Positions 13,152 through 25,288 of a stretch of DNA of 64,000 nt are shown in pieces. The notes under the pieces are model-generated. The model saw only the letters and a program-made list of their open reading frames with translations, made no database searches and was not told where the DNA came from. Both the position numbers and the translations under genes were made by a program. Within the stretch, counting starts at the first letter, position 1, and each line of letters begins with the position of its first letter. The stretch comes from Octopus sinensis (lineage: Eukaryota): the NCBI RefSeq assembly GCF_006345805.1, contig NW_021829853.1, forward strand, positions 124,001 through 188,000, read 5' to 3'.

Positions 13152-13275
13152 CAATTCCTGAATCATCAACTGGAGCAGTGGGGATGTGTGGTTTCGGGGG
13201 TGACCGGCTTCGATTACCACGGCTTGATCGGTAGCCTCGATTCTGATTTTGATCATGTCTCCAATTGTCTTCTCC
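13152..13275 (-). CDS. PNISR: PNISR coding exon 5 (GEDNWRHDQNQNRGYRSSRGNRSRSPPKPHIPTAPVDDSGI)
   Basis: atcccag acceptor, G|gtaagt donor, 124 nt, phase 0-1, joins to DATKR. Confidence 0.88.
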
Positions 13276-13899
13276 CTGGGATAAAATAAAGTATTTGGGT
13301 TTAATTAAGAAAAAGAAAAAAAATCAAAGACAAAAAAAGAAGAAAAAAAAAAAACAAAGAAAATTATTTCAGTCTCCAATTGTCTGTGTTTTCACGGATT
13401 GTGAATCATTTCATATTTTTTCCACAAATAATTTAGTTTCTAATATAAAACAACAACAAAGCAACAAAAACACTTCATCAAGAACTGGATATTTTCAATC
13501 ACTTTTAATTGACAGTGTCTTTGTAAATTAATATCTTGGCCAGATAAATGGCCAGTATAAAGAAGAGGGTCAAATATGGCCAAGATGATGAAGAAACATT
13601 TTGTTGTATAAGTGATAGAGTCTACACCACTGTCTTTATTCTTTTATTGGTTTCAGTCACAAGACTATGGCCATGCTGGAGTAACACCTTCAAGAACTTC
13701 CTTTTTCAGTCATTTATATCAATCTCAGGGCATTTTATTTAATCTGATGCAAATTTAAGTGACTAAGTTACCTTTTTGACATAACACCAACTTTTTAACG
13801 GATGGTGTTGCACCAAACATACAATCACAGACAACTACACCCATATACATATGTGCACATGACAAACTTCAGCACAGTTTCCATCTATGAAATTCCACT

Positions 13900-14187
13900 C
13901 ACCATCCGAACGTGGCTGATGCCAGCACCACTTGACTGGCTTCCGTGCCAGTGGCACATAAAAAGCACCGTCCGATGCCAACTCCCTCTGGCCCCTGTGT
14001 CAGTGGCACGTAATAAAGCACCCACTACACTCTTGGAATGGTTGGCATTAGGAAGGGCATCCAGCTGTAGAAACACTACCAGATCAGACTGGAGTCTGGT
14101 GCAGCCTCCTGGCTTCCCAGACCTTAGTTGAACCGTCCAACCCATGCCAGCATGGAAAACGAAGTTAAATGATGATGATGATGATGA
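13900..14187 (+). mobile_element. SINE family S1 (RTE-like tail ending (GAT)n)
   Basis: aaaagcacccactacactc..ggcattaggaagggcatccagctgtagaaac..ccaacccatgccagcatgg..(gat)n; more than 20 full or partial copies in the window. Confidence 0.85.
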
Positions 14188-15161
14188 TATTTGTCAATCT
14201 GGGGCTATGGGAGATGCTACCTTACCCAAAGAGCCATTCAATAGGATCAAACACAGAACGAAGTGGTGCTGAAGTTATACTTCTTAGACATACAACTATG
14301 TCTCTGATCAGAATCTATTTTATATGTACCAGAGGAGAGAAAAGGAAAATCAGCTCTGACAGGATTTGAACTGGGAACACCCAGATGAAACAAAATACTT
14401 TTAAGTATTTAACCAGGTACTCTACTACTATTTTTACCAAGTTGCAAAACTTCTGAAATTATTGAAAACATTCATTGAAAGCAATGTACTTGCTGATGCT
14501 ATTCAAAATATAAAACTTAAATGAAACAAACCCAAAATACAATGGAATAAAAACAACCAGGCAACTTAATGTTATATGGTTTTTAGGTCACCAAAAGTCT
14601 GAAATCGTTATTGTTTAGACACATTATTATTAATACCTACAATGTGAATAATTGGATAGGATTGTACACGTTTTATTTAGAATTGTAAACATATTTTTAT
14701 GTTGCTATTCAATTTTACAGCATAGTTTTATCTAAGTCTATAAATTTCAATTGCATGGCTTGTAGGTGTGGGCATGGCTGTGTGGTAAGGGAGCTTGCTT
14801 CCTAGCTACATGGTTTCGGGTTCAGTCCCACCGCGTGGCACTTTGGGCAAGTGTCTTCAGCTATAGCCCTGGGCCGACCGAAGCTTTGTGATTGAATTCG
14901 GTAGGCGGAAGTTACTGCCGTGTGTGTATATGTGCGTGTAGGTGCTCGTGCCTCTCCGAAAGAAAGAGAGGGAATTTCATTCAAATATATTCTAACAGAG
15001 TATCTCTAATTATTAATATTACATAAACATATTTCAACCAAGTAATGCTTGTTTTTCAAGAGCATCTCTTGGATAAATGTGGCAACAACACGTTCGTTTC
15101 CCCTCCATTGTTGGAAATACATAAACATAATGGACAATAAAAAAAAACCTTGCCTGAAATC

Positions 15162-15432
15162 ATCATCATTGTTTAATGTCTGCTTTCCATGCTGGCATGG
15201 GTTGGATGGTTTGACTAGGGACTGGCAAGCCAGGAGGTTGCACCAAGCTCCAATCTGTTCTGACAATGTTTCTACAGCTGGATGTCCTTCCTAACGCCAA
15301 CAACTCCGAGTGTGTAGTGGGTGCTTTTTATGTGCCACCAGCAGCCAGGCAGCACTGGCACTGACCATGCTCGAATGGTGCTTTTTACATGCCACCAGCA
15401 CAGGAGCCAGTCTGGCAGGACTGGCATCAGCC
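15162..15432 (-). mobile_element. SINE S1
   Basis: Reverse copy of the same consensus. Confidence 0.85.
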
Positions 15433-15784
15433 GAGATATTTTGTATCTTATCTTATATGATTTATGTGAATGGAATTCAGAGCAGTTTGTTATATAATGC
15501 TAATAAAGCTTACCAAGACTTCAAGCCAGCAACAATCAAAATAGCAATGAATATACATAGACATGATTATGTACAGAGTGCAACACTGAAGGAACAGCCA
15601 ACAGCTACATGAATAAAGGCACTGAAATAGTTAAGGATTGAATCTTTTATCTTTCACTTGTCTCAGTCATTTGACTACAGCCATGCTGGGGCACCACTTT
15701 GAAGAATGTTAGTCAAACAAATCAACCCTAAAACTTAATTTTTTTTAACCCTTTCGTTACCAACCTGGCTCTGAGTACAAATGT

Positions 15785-15945
15785 CTTGTTTTCATAAGTT
15801 TTGAATAAAAATCTTCCACCAAATCTTAGTCACAATTTATGTTCCTAACACTAGCTTAATGATAACCAAGTTATTTTACTAAATTCTTTGTTATATTTAA
15901 AGCAACTGAAAGAAACACAGAGCATCTCAAAATAACAAAAGGGGA
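15785..15945. mobile_element. piggyBac-like MITE (TTAA-CCC end), deleted
   Basis: Starts ttaaccctttcgttacc; internal sequence homologous in reverse to 62374-62552. Confidence 0.5.
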
Positions 15946-16159
15946 AGCCTGGTACTTATTCTGTTGGCCTTTTTTGCTGAACCACTAAGTTATGGAGACA
16001 TAAACACACCAGTACTGGTTGTCAAGCAGTGAAGGGGGTGGGCAAGTGCAGACACATACAAGAAAGAAGCCTGTCACATATATATATATATATATATACG
16101 CACACATATATCATAGTCATCAAAACAGGTGTTAAATGTTGATGTTATATATATATATA

Positions 16160-16383
16160 CAGGGTGAACCAAATGCAGGGGGACAGTAAATGATAACATT
16201 TATTTTGAGATCACATACTAATACAATTAAATTTTGATAAACAATTATTACATACACAATTAAATTTTATTGTATACAATAATACAATACAAAAGCACTG
16301 AAAATGTTATCAATGCAAGTTAGAATATAACCCTAACAGAAACCCTATTCAACCTACTGTCCGCCTACTTTTGGTTCACTCTG
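16160..16383. mobile_element. Tc1/mariner-type MITE
   Basis: About 28-bp TIRs cagggtgaaccaaa..ggacagta / tactgtcc..tttggttcactctg, flanked by TA. Confidence 0.7.
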
Positions 16384-16402
16384 TATATAAGAAACAAGCG
16401 AT

Positions 16403-17231
16403 GTCTACAACTCTTTCCTGCAATCAGACCTAGACACAATGCAGCAATGGATCACAGACTGGCAACTGAAACTGGCTGTGGACAAGTGTACCACCATGCA
16501 TTTTGGGAGAAAAAACCCTGCGTTCACATACTCCCTCCACAACACTGATATCAAGAAATCCTCTTGCGAGCGTGACCTAGGCATCACTGTCAGCAGTGAT
16601 TTGCGTTGGTCAAAGCATATCTCTAAGATTGTCAGGAAGGCCGAGGGTGTCTTGGCATCACTCAGCAGGTCTTTTGTTAGCCGCTCTCCAGCCATCTATT
16701 TAAAACTGTATACAGCTATGGTACGACCACACTTGGAATTCGCATCATCAGTTTGGAACCCCTATCTTGCACAGAACATTGACCTCCTGGAATCTGTCCA
16801 GAGACGTGCAACCAAACGCATACCCTCCATCAGACACCTACCATATTCTGAGCGCCTTGTTTCCCTGGGCATGGATTCACTGAAGCTCCGGCGTTTGGCG
16901 ACGGACTTGGTAAACACCCACAAAGTTATCAACCACCTCACCAACAACAACACTGAACACCTTTTTGATCTCCATGTGTCTAACACACGTGGACATGCCT
17001 ACAAAGTCAGAAAACAATACAGCTCCCATGACTTTCGGAAACATTTTTTCACGCTCAGAGTTGCTGAAGCATGGAATAAACTGCCTGCGTCAGTTGTTGA
17101 CTGCCATGACACTGCATCTTTTAAGGCCCTCATGCTTTCCGAAATCCGCCGAAACTACACCTGATTATATATACACTTTAGATGAGTTGTAGTGCACCTG
17201 AGCACTGTACACAATTATTATTATTATTATT
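16403..17231 (+). mobile_element. 5'-truncated CR1/L2-type LINE 3' end
   Basis: Uninterrupted 241-aa ORF 16439-17164 (W..DWQLKLAVDKC, CERDLGITVSSDLRWSKHI, YTAMVRPHLEFASSVWNPY, LESVQRRATK, FFTLRVAEAWNKLP), short 3' UTR and (ATT)n tail. Confidence 0.93.
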
Positions 17232-17792
17232 ATAAAAATAATGGTCATTAGATGTTCCTTTAGAGACCCTACCACAAGATTACCTGGAGTTCTTCATTAA
17301 TCTAAGTAATATTGTTAGCCTGGTGTGCCAACAGAGCACTTATGAAGTATTTTGCCTGGATTGATAATTCCTCACTATTTGTTTTATATACATATATAGA
17401 CAGGCTTCTTTCAGTTTCCTTCTACCAAATCCACTTGGTTGGTATGAAGCTATAGTAGAATACACTTACCCAAGGTGTTATGCAGTGGGAGTGAACCCAG
17501 AACTGTGTGGCTGGGAAGCTAACTTCGTACCACACAGCCATGCCTACACCTTGTATTCATATTTCAAAAACCCATAAAAGATCTTTCATAGTTTTACGAT
17601 TCTCATACAAAAGGATTGAAACAAAGGGGGAAAACATTGGCAGCAGCATAGAAACACATAGAATGGAAAAACATAAATAACCTCAGTCTGGAATATCCTT
17701 CAGACAAGCATCAGAACCTAAATGGAAAATGTACTTACACTATTGACATGATGTCTGTGACTGGGGATGCGTTCATGTCTAGGCAAACTCAC

Positions 17793-17888
17793 CTGCTGGT
17801 ACCGAAACTGTTCGTTGCTATGGTGATGGTAGTCAAAATTTTGTTGAAAGTTGTTGTTGCCATGAACGTAATTGTAAGATTGATTATC
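17793..17888 (-). CDS. PNISR: PNISR coding exon 4 (DNQSYNYVHGNNNFQQNFDYHHHSNEQFRYQQ)
   Basis: ttcactcag acceptor, cag|gtgagt donor, phase 0-0; NFDYHH resembles conserved QFDYQH; alternative donor after 17739. Confidence 0.85.
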
Positions 17889-18099
17889 CTGAGTGAAATT
17901 AAATGAAAGTCAGAAAAGAAGAAAATTTAAAACTAAATATATTTTTCAAATCTTAAGAAATTAATTTCATTGAAAATCGGATGAAAGTGAAAATTTTCTT
18001 TTAAACAATTCCCAAATGTTATTTCAATCTTGCATTCATACAAAACATCAACAAAGTCACTGAAGAAATAAAAACACACACATACATATAGGCAAATTT

Positions 18100-18715
18100 A
18101 CATTATTTACACTATTTGACGGATATTTGTCCTCATCTTGTTTGTTGTTAACACAATATTTCGGTTGATATACTCTCCAGCCTTCATCATGGGTCTTGGG
18201 GAAATTTCAAACTTGGGTTCTCATTCCTAAGGTATTTTTCAGTGTTATTATTATTATTATTATAAATGGAGACCACCTGCCCCTGTGGGATGAAGTTAAA
18301 ATAATAGACAGAGAACACCACTCGAAAATACGAAAACTAAAGGAAGCAGCACATATGCTAGGACACAACAACCTCCTAAATAGACCAAGTGGAATAGCAT
18401 ATGGGAACCAGTATTAATGAAGGATAGGAATATATTAGATTTATAAGCCCTAAAATTCACTCCATAATTGCCCACAGCCATATGGCGTAGTGGTTAAGAG
18501 CGCGGGCTACTAACCGCAAGGTTCCAAGTTCAATTCCAGACAGGGAATAATAATAATATTAGCATCGAAAAATACTTTAGGGATGAGAACCCAGGACACC
18601 TGATGAAGGCTGGAGGGTATATCAGCTGAAACATTGTGTTAACAACAAACAAGATGAGGACAACTATCCGTCAAATGTAAATAATGTACATACTCATCTC
18701 TTACATATAGAACTG
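18100..18715 (+). mobile_element. Truncated Penelope-like element (family B): inverted pLTR, GIY-YIG C-terminus, tRNA-like cassette, pLTR with hammerhead
   Basis: 13-bp TSD tataggcaaattt (18087-18099, 18716-18728); HLPLWDEVKIIDREHHSKIRKLKEAAHMLGHNNLLNRP resembles a PLE endonuclease tail; inverted arms. Confidence 0.85.
18477..18545 (+). other. tRNA-derived pseudo-tRNA / Pol III cassette inside the PLE
   Basis: A box TGGCGTAGTGG (18483-18493), B box GTTCAATTCC (18528-18537), anticodon-like loop CTACTAA; imperfect acceptor stem, so not called a functional tRNA. Confidence 0.6.
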
Positions 18716-18843
18716 TATAGGCAAATTTGTTGTTGAAATGCACCTAAATTTGAAAAACTTGTAATTGTTTAAAATAAATTTATTTACATATGTATCAAAC
18801 TAGTTTCAACAATATTTTTTTTGTTTATCAATAGTAAAAATTC

Positions 18844-18987
18844 AGAATTATGAATTAGAAAAACATCTTTAAAAGTTTCAATGTTGACAAATTTAAATGT
18901 TCATAACAGACAAATTTAGAATTATGAATTAGAAAAACATGTTCAAAAGTTTCAATGTTGACAATTTTAAATGTTCATAACAGTCAA
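18844..18987. repeat. 74-bp tandem duplication
   Basis: agaattatgaattagaaaaacat..tcataacag.caa twice, with about 4 differences. Confidence 0.9.
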
Positions 18988-19005
18988 TAATATATGAACA
19001 CACAC

Positions 19006-19044
<39 letters not shown>

Positions 19045-19047
<3 letters not shown>

Positions 19048-19195
19048 GGAGTAAGCACATAAATGCGAAACAAGGTGGAAAAAAGAGTACTCAAATACCA
19101 GAAGTAGAGTAATATGCTTTATTTAAAAGCAGCAGAAATATAAAAAAAGCTGTTACTCAGAGTTTCACGTTCCAGTTCGTCGGACAGTTTTGTTT
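19045..19195 (-). mobile_element. PLE-like pLTR fragment (family D) with hammerhead motif 19150-19187
   Basis: CTGT-CCGACGA-ACTGGAACGT-GAAAC-TCTGA-GTA-ACAG on the minus strand, embedded between (TA)n tracts. Confidence 0.6.
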
Positions 19196-19283
19196 ATATA
19201 TATATATATATATATATATAGATAGATATAGATATATAGATAGAGAGACAGAGAGAGAGAGCAAGAGAGAGAATTTCAGCTAC

Positions 19284-19474
19284 CTTATGATCAGCGACCG
19301 GGTGATGTTGCATGCCCCACTGTGGGGGTCCTGAACCTTGATGGCCAGGTACATTCCAGTTAGTCATATTCCAATTCCAGTCTCCAGGGATTGGTTGGTT
19401 TGGGGGAGGCTGGTTTAATAAAGGAAGGTTGCCCGGCATCGGTTGGCTAGGCATTGAAGCTGGGCCTTTGTAGA
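19284..19474 (-). CDS. PNISR: PNISR coding exon 3 (..SMPSQPMPGNL..WGMQHHPVADHK)
   Basis: Open frame, aag|gtagct donor; three possible in-frame acceptors (19474/19465/19459); WGM..HP resembles human EWGMHQQPPHP. Confidence 0.8.
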
Positions 19475-20061
19475 CTTCAGGATTTCAAAATAAAACAAAC
19501 AAAAACAATTGCATTTATATTACCTGCAACATTACAACAGAGTCTCATACAAATGTACCGAATATCATTTTCAGCTCCATTCATTTAAGAAAGAAATTCT
19601 ATAGGTTTATGCTTAGGCATGTACATTTCACAAGTTCCCTTCTCTAATTCTTTCTCCCCTTCTTCTCCAGGGTAGCCAAGTATCCCCTCTATAGTAAGGC
19701 AGCTATCTCTGTCTCTCTATTACACTCTAACCTTTCCCCTTGCTCACAGCTACTTCCCTCTCTCTCAGGTGAGCAGTCTTTGTCCTGCAAACTACTTAGT
19801 GATCCGGCTGGTGCCACATAAAACGCACCAGTGCTGGTGCTCTTTACATGGCACCGACAATTGGAGCCTGATGTAGCTCTCTCTGGCTTGCCAGCCACTG
19901 TTGAACTGTCCAATCCATGTCAAAATGGAAAGCAGATGTTAAATGATGATAATATGATGATCTATATGATAATGTTCTATAATACACTGAGTTGTTGGAT
20001 AAACTCTGAGTAGCTCTTCTAAAGTTAATAATTCAAGAGAAGATCAACATCAAAATAAAAA

Positions 20062-20412
20062 TCAAATGGAAATTGTAGTTAAGATACCCATGCTGGTGGC
20101 AGGTAAAAACACCTTCCAAACGTGGCCGATGCCAGCGCCACCTGACTGGTGTCCGTATCGGTGACACGTAAAAGGCACCAACCGATCGTGGCTGTTTGCC
20201 AGCCTCCTCTGGCCCCTGTGCCGGTGGCACGTAAAAAGCACCCACTACACTCACGGAGTGGTTGGCATTAGGAAGGGCATCCAGCTGTAGAAACACTGCC
20301 AAATCAGACTGGAGCCTGGTGCAGCCTCCTGGCTTCCCAGACCCCGGTCAAACCATCCAACCCATACTAGCATGGAAAGCGGGCATTAAACGATGATGAT
20401 GATGATAATGAT
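20062..20412 (+). mobile_element. SINE S1
   Basis: Consensus plus internal repeat units. Confidence 0.85.
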
Positions 20413-22150
20413 GATTCAATAAAGAGTTTTCTCTCTCAGGACCATGAAACAATTTTGACTCCAGCATAAGAAATCTAACTAAGCTTTTATTTCAGCAATA
20501 CAGTACCCCACACAAAATGCCTCGCTGAACTATAGCTCGTTAGGGCAACTATTTAGAGCTACTTCGATGAGAATATAAGCTGTGAACCATCACATGACCT
20601 TAACCAACAACTTCAAGACATTCAAATAGATTTTAATTCCTTTAATATACAAAAGTGTATTTTGTGTCTCTATGAAGAACAATAACACTAGAACCCTAAT
20701 GCTAAGGCCCTAAATTCAACACTTACTACAGCAACTATTCTGCATCCTTGAGCAAAGAATCGAATTTAGTTTGTCCCAATTTACTTGACTGACAAAAAAA
20801 AAAAAAAGACTCCACCTCTATTTTACAGTTGAATAGTCAGTTAACAGAACTTCCAGATGTAAAAATAATTTCTCCTACAATAAAATCATCTCATTCATGC
20901 AAACATGAAAATTAATTAGATGTTAATGAGTAGGAAAATGAAGTCATTTGCTCTAAATCTAATTCTGATTTATACATTTCAAAGATGTACTTTGTCTACC
21001 AAATGATTTGATTGAAGACCTTGTGTCAAAACTGAACTAACTACATCATGGAAAAATCCATCAAAAACACACCATGCTGTTTAAATTCACTTTAAATTAA
21101 ATTTATGAGATGTCAAAATTTTCATCACCCAACTGCTCAGACGCAGTTCCACAGCAACTGCAGTGACATAAATTTTAACATCTCATAAGTAAATTTTACA
21201 GCTTTGTGTGTTATTAATATCAAATTGCTCTCCCCACCTGACACATACGCTCATAAAACTACCCAACCTCCTTTCCCCCACTGAGCCACTGTCCAAATCT
21301 TTTCTTATGCTCACCTTCCTCTACCTTGAGTCTTTGCTCTAGCAACACATCTCAACCAGCTTTATCTCCAGCTTCCTAGATACTCCTATCCTCCCTTATA
21401 TAATAAGAAGTAGCCATGTATCTTCCCCCCATCAGCAACACATCTGTACTCACCCCTCTATCATACTTTAGCCTTTCAACACCCGGCATAAAGCCACCTC
21501 CCTTATCAAACACATCCCTCCCCTTAATAGTGAGAACTTTTTCCTTTTCTTTTCTTTTTTCTCTTCTCTGTTCTTTTTGCTGTCTTGCAAATTACTTGGT
21601 GACCTCACTGCTGCTGGTGCCATGTAAAAAAAAACCCAGTGCACTCTGTAAAATGGTTGGCATTAATATGATCATTCTGCCACAGAAACCAAGCCAAAAC
21701 TGACACTGTGGTGTCATTGGATCCTGTCAAACCATCCAACCCATACCAGCATGGGAAACAGATGTTAAATGATGATACATCAGAGTCATTCGAAATTTGA
21801 AAGGTCAGTCTGGTTACAGGCTGTGTCAGAGTGCAAGTATTTGCAGAATAGCTAATGGACTGATATAGCTGATTGAATGACAAAACTTTCCTCATCAAAA
21901 CTGACAGAATCCATCTTTATCATAACATATATTTATTGTCAGAACTCATCAACTGAGGAATACCAAATCTCTTCCTACCTAATAACATGGCACTGGATTC
22001 ATTAGAGATGATAGAATTCAATTAGTTTAAGGTAATGATCCTCAAGTTTTCAAAACCATTAAATTCTTATTTTCTGTCTGAGCTAGAATCATGCTTCTTC
22101 TTTAAAGTATTACATACCAAACCAAGATGTAGAATAAATTAATTAGCTTG

Positions 22151-22567
22151 ATCGTTATCAGCGTCGCCTTACTGGCACTTGTGCCCGTGCTAGTAGGGTG
22201 CCAAGAGCACCATCTGAGCATAATTGTTGCCAGAGTGGCTAACTGGCTTCCATGTAGGTGGCACGTAAAAGGCACCATTCGAACGTGATCATTACCAGCG
22301 TCGCCTTACTGACACCTGTGATGGTGGCATGTGTAAAAAGATCTAAGCGAGGTCGTTGCCAGTACCGGCTCCATGCCGGTGGCATGTAAAAAAAGCACCC
22401 ACTACACTCTCGGAGTGGTTGGCGTTAGGAAGGGCATCCAGCTGTAGAAACTCTGCCTGATCAAGATTGAAGCCTGGTGCAGCCATCTGGTTCGCCAGCC
22501 CTCAGTCAAAATTGTTCAACCCATGCTAGCATGGAAAGCAGACATTAAACGATGATGATGATGATGA
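22151..22567 (+). mobile_element. SINE S1
   Basis: Consensus plus internal repeat units and (GAT)n tail. Confidence 0.85.
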
Positions 22568-23351
22568 CAAAGTATTGTTTAATTATTGAAATACCAGACA
22601 AACTCTACAAGAACAGTAATGAGAAAGATTATTGTTGGTGATTACTGACACCAAGTCATACATTTTGAGAGGTGACAGTTTATGAAACCAACCTCAGCAC
22701 CTGACAAGTGCTTCTTTTATCTTTGGCTTGTTTCAGTCCATTAGACCGTGCCCATGCTGGGGCACTGCACTGAAAAATTTTTAGCCAACGGAACTGCCCC
22801 TCACCTGCGTTGTACCTATTTTTATACATATCGGTCTGTTTTGTTGAACTGCTGAGTTATAGGGATGTAAACACACCAACACTGGTTGTCAACTAGTGGT
22901 GGAAGATAAACAAAAACACACACACACAGACAGATTTACAAATAAGATGGGCTTCTTTCAGTTTCCATCTAGGAAATCCACTCACAAAGCTTTGGTCAAC
23001 CTGAGGCTATAGTAGAAGACACTTGCCCAAGGTGGCATGCAGTGGGACTGAACCTGGAACCATGTGGTTTGTAAGCAGGCTACTTACCACACAGCCACTC
23101 CTACACCTACCATTGTACAGAATTGGAACTAAATATCAGAAAGTCTGCTGCTCTACAGATTCTCCCAACCAACCTTATCTCAATTGTTATTTTGCCTGTT
23201 TTTGGGTGGGGTTTTTTTGGTTCTTTTATTTTCTCTAATGTTATTTCTTTATTTAGTTCCCATCTAATTCTATTCATCCAGTTGGTTTACAAAATATTTC
23301 ACAGATTCTTCCAGAATTGTTCTGAAGACACAAAACCCAAACTGTGCCTAC

Positions 23352-23792
23352 CTGAGTCCCGATTAGAGTCGTTCTCTCCGTCCGAGATGTCCATTTCGTT
23401 CTGGTTTTCATTGCCACCTGGTTGGGTGGCATGCGTATGAGGTGGAGGAGGTGGAGGGACATGTTCCAATATCATTTGAGGCGGGGGGCCTGTTGTTTCA
23501 ACATCAGAACTTTTGCCATCAGGGGGAAGAGGTGGAAACAGCGGCGGCGGCGGTGGTGGTGGAGCTGTGTTCTGAGGTGGAGGGGTCTGAGAAATCTGAT
23601 GCATTGGCAAAGGTGGCTGGCATTGTGGCGCTGGTGGGGGCTGCTGCTGCTGCTGCTGTGATGGGGTCTGTTGTTGCAGCGGTGGAGGGGGAGGTGCCTG
23701 TGATGTATCTTCATTTGTTTGAACAGCAGCAGCTCCTGATGACATTGCCTCACGTTGGGCAATCCATTGTTTGGCCAGTTCAGCCCAGTCAA
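23352..23792 (-). CDS. PNISR: PNISR coding exon 2, Pro/Gln-rich
   Basis: ctaacag acceptor, cag|gtaggc donor, 441 nt, phase 1-1; encodes DWAELAKQWIAQREAMSSG...PPPP...DISDGENDSNRDS. Confidence 0.92.
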
Positions 23793-25218
23793 CTGTTAGA
23801 AAAACAAAGAAGAAAAGAAATGGTCATTTACAAGACAATGATGATGATGATGATGATGATGAGTAACAATATAGCTCCCTTACAACAAGAAACCTGTTCT
23901 CTTCCATCTCCTCTTATACTTTAACCCTCATCTCCTAGCATAAAACCCCTACATCTCCCTCTACTGTAACCCCACTCTTGCCAGCTGCATGGCAACCTCA
24001 CTAGTGCTGGTTCCACATAAAAAAAGAACCCAGTAAAATGGCTCACATTAGGAAGGGCCTGCTGGCCATAGAAGTCATGCCAAAGTAGATATTGGAGCAC
24101 AATGCAGTCCTTGGACCTATTGGATCCTGCTGAGCTTTCCAACCACAGCCAGCATGGAACATGTGTGCTAGATGATGATGACGACAACGATAATGACGAT
24201 GATGATAAAAGTAAATTATTACATATAATTTGAATTAACATTGAAATGATAGTAGGGTCAATTTAGTAAAAAATATAACCAATCTTAAACCATCATTAAG
24301 CTTTGGTACTTACAAACAATTCCATTAAAACACAAAACTGCATTTGAATAAGCTAACAGACATCTAAAATGCAACAGCTCACACACAATTGTACAACAGT
24401 TATGATATCATTATAAATGGGAGATGAATTCTATATCCATTGATTGTAGAGATGGAATTGTACAATCAAAAGAGGAAAATATGTTCATAGTCTTTAATTT
24501 GGAAGAGGGAATGGCATTCAGAGTATTGTTTATTGGTACACATTGTTTTGAATTAACCATGAATTATCTAATAACTTTGAAAATCTGATGATGTAGCAGT
24601 TAATTTTTAGAATGACATCGGTAGGTGTGAAAAGTCAGATCCCATTGGCTTGAATATGAAATAGGTAGGAACGTAAAAAGCACCATTCGAAAGTGATTGT
24701 TGCCAGCGTTGCCTTACCGGCACATGGGCCAGTGGCACATGAAAAACAACATTCGAGCGTGGTTGTTGCCAGTGCCGCTGGAGTGGCTCCTGTGCAGGTA
24801 GCACGTAAAAAATACCTTCTGCGTGTGGTCGTTGCCAGAACTGCCTGACTGGCCCTTGTGCCGGTGGCACGTAAAAGCACCCACTACACTCTTGGAGTGG
24901 TTGGCATTAGGAAGGGCATCCAGCTGTAGAAACTTTGCCAGATTAGATTAGAGCCTGGTGCAGCCTCCTGGCTCGCCATTTCTCAGTCAAACTGAGGAGT
25001 GATTCATCGGGCTGCATTGTTAATTTTAAATCTCTTAACAGAAAAAGCCAGCCAGTTAGGGGGTCAACACCATATTTAAAAGGGATTGGAAGTCTGCTAA
25101 AGCTATCAAAACTGAAGATAAACACTGATCCTGAAGACTCTTCTGATTCAAAAAAAAATTTTGAGAACAATGCAAAAAAAAAAAACCCCCGAAAATAAAT
25201 GGGGTCTGTTTTACTTAC

Positions 25219-25288
25219 CTTGTTCACTCGGGACATTCTGATAAGCTGCTTGCTGTAATGGCCAAGGACCCCAATGGTTAGCCCACAT
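25219..25288 (-). CDS. PNISR: PNISR coding exon 1 (MWANHWGPWPLQQAAYQNVPSEQ)
   Basis: ATG at 25288; G|gtaagt donor after 25219; acceptor ttttcag at 25315-25317; phase 1 joins the next exon to give V-DWAELAKQWIAQREA, matching the conserved PNISR N-terminus (human MWDQGGQPW...IDWAALAQAWIAQREA, from memory). Confidence 0.88.

Noticed and set aside
18477-18545. Functional tRNA-Ser(ACT) gene
   Set aside because: Acceptor and anticodon stems are imperfect and it lies inside a TSD-bounded PLE; treated as tRNA-derived
19475-19600. Apparent mini-exon ending ttgcag|gtaata just upstream of PNISR coding exon 3
   Set aside because: The following intron would be only 49-64 nt and there is no good acceptor or open frame
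20480-20760. Possible GIY-YIG tail remnant
   Set aside because: Similarity too weak to support without alignment
23422-23924. Overlapping ORFs of 79-160 aa on other frames
   Set aside because: Shadow frames of the GC-rich Pro/Gln PNISR exon
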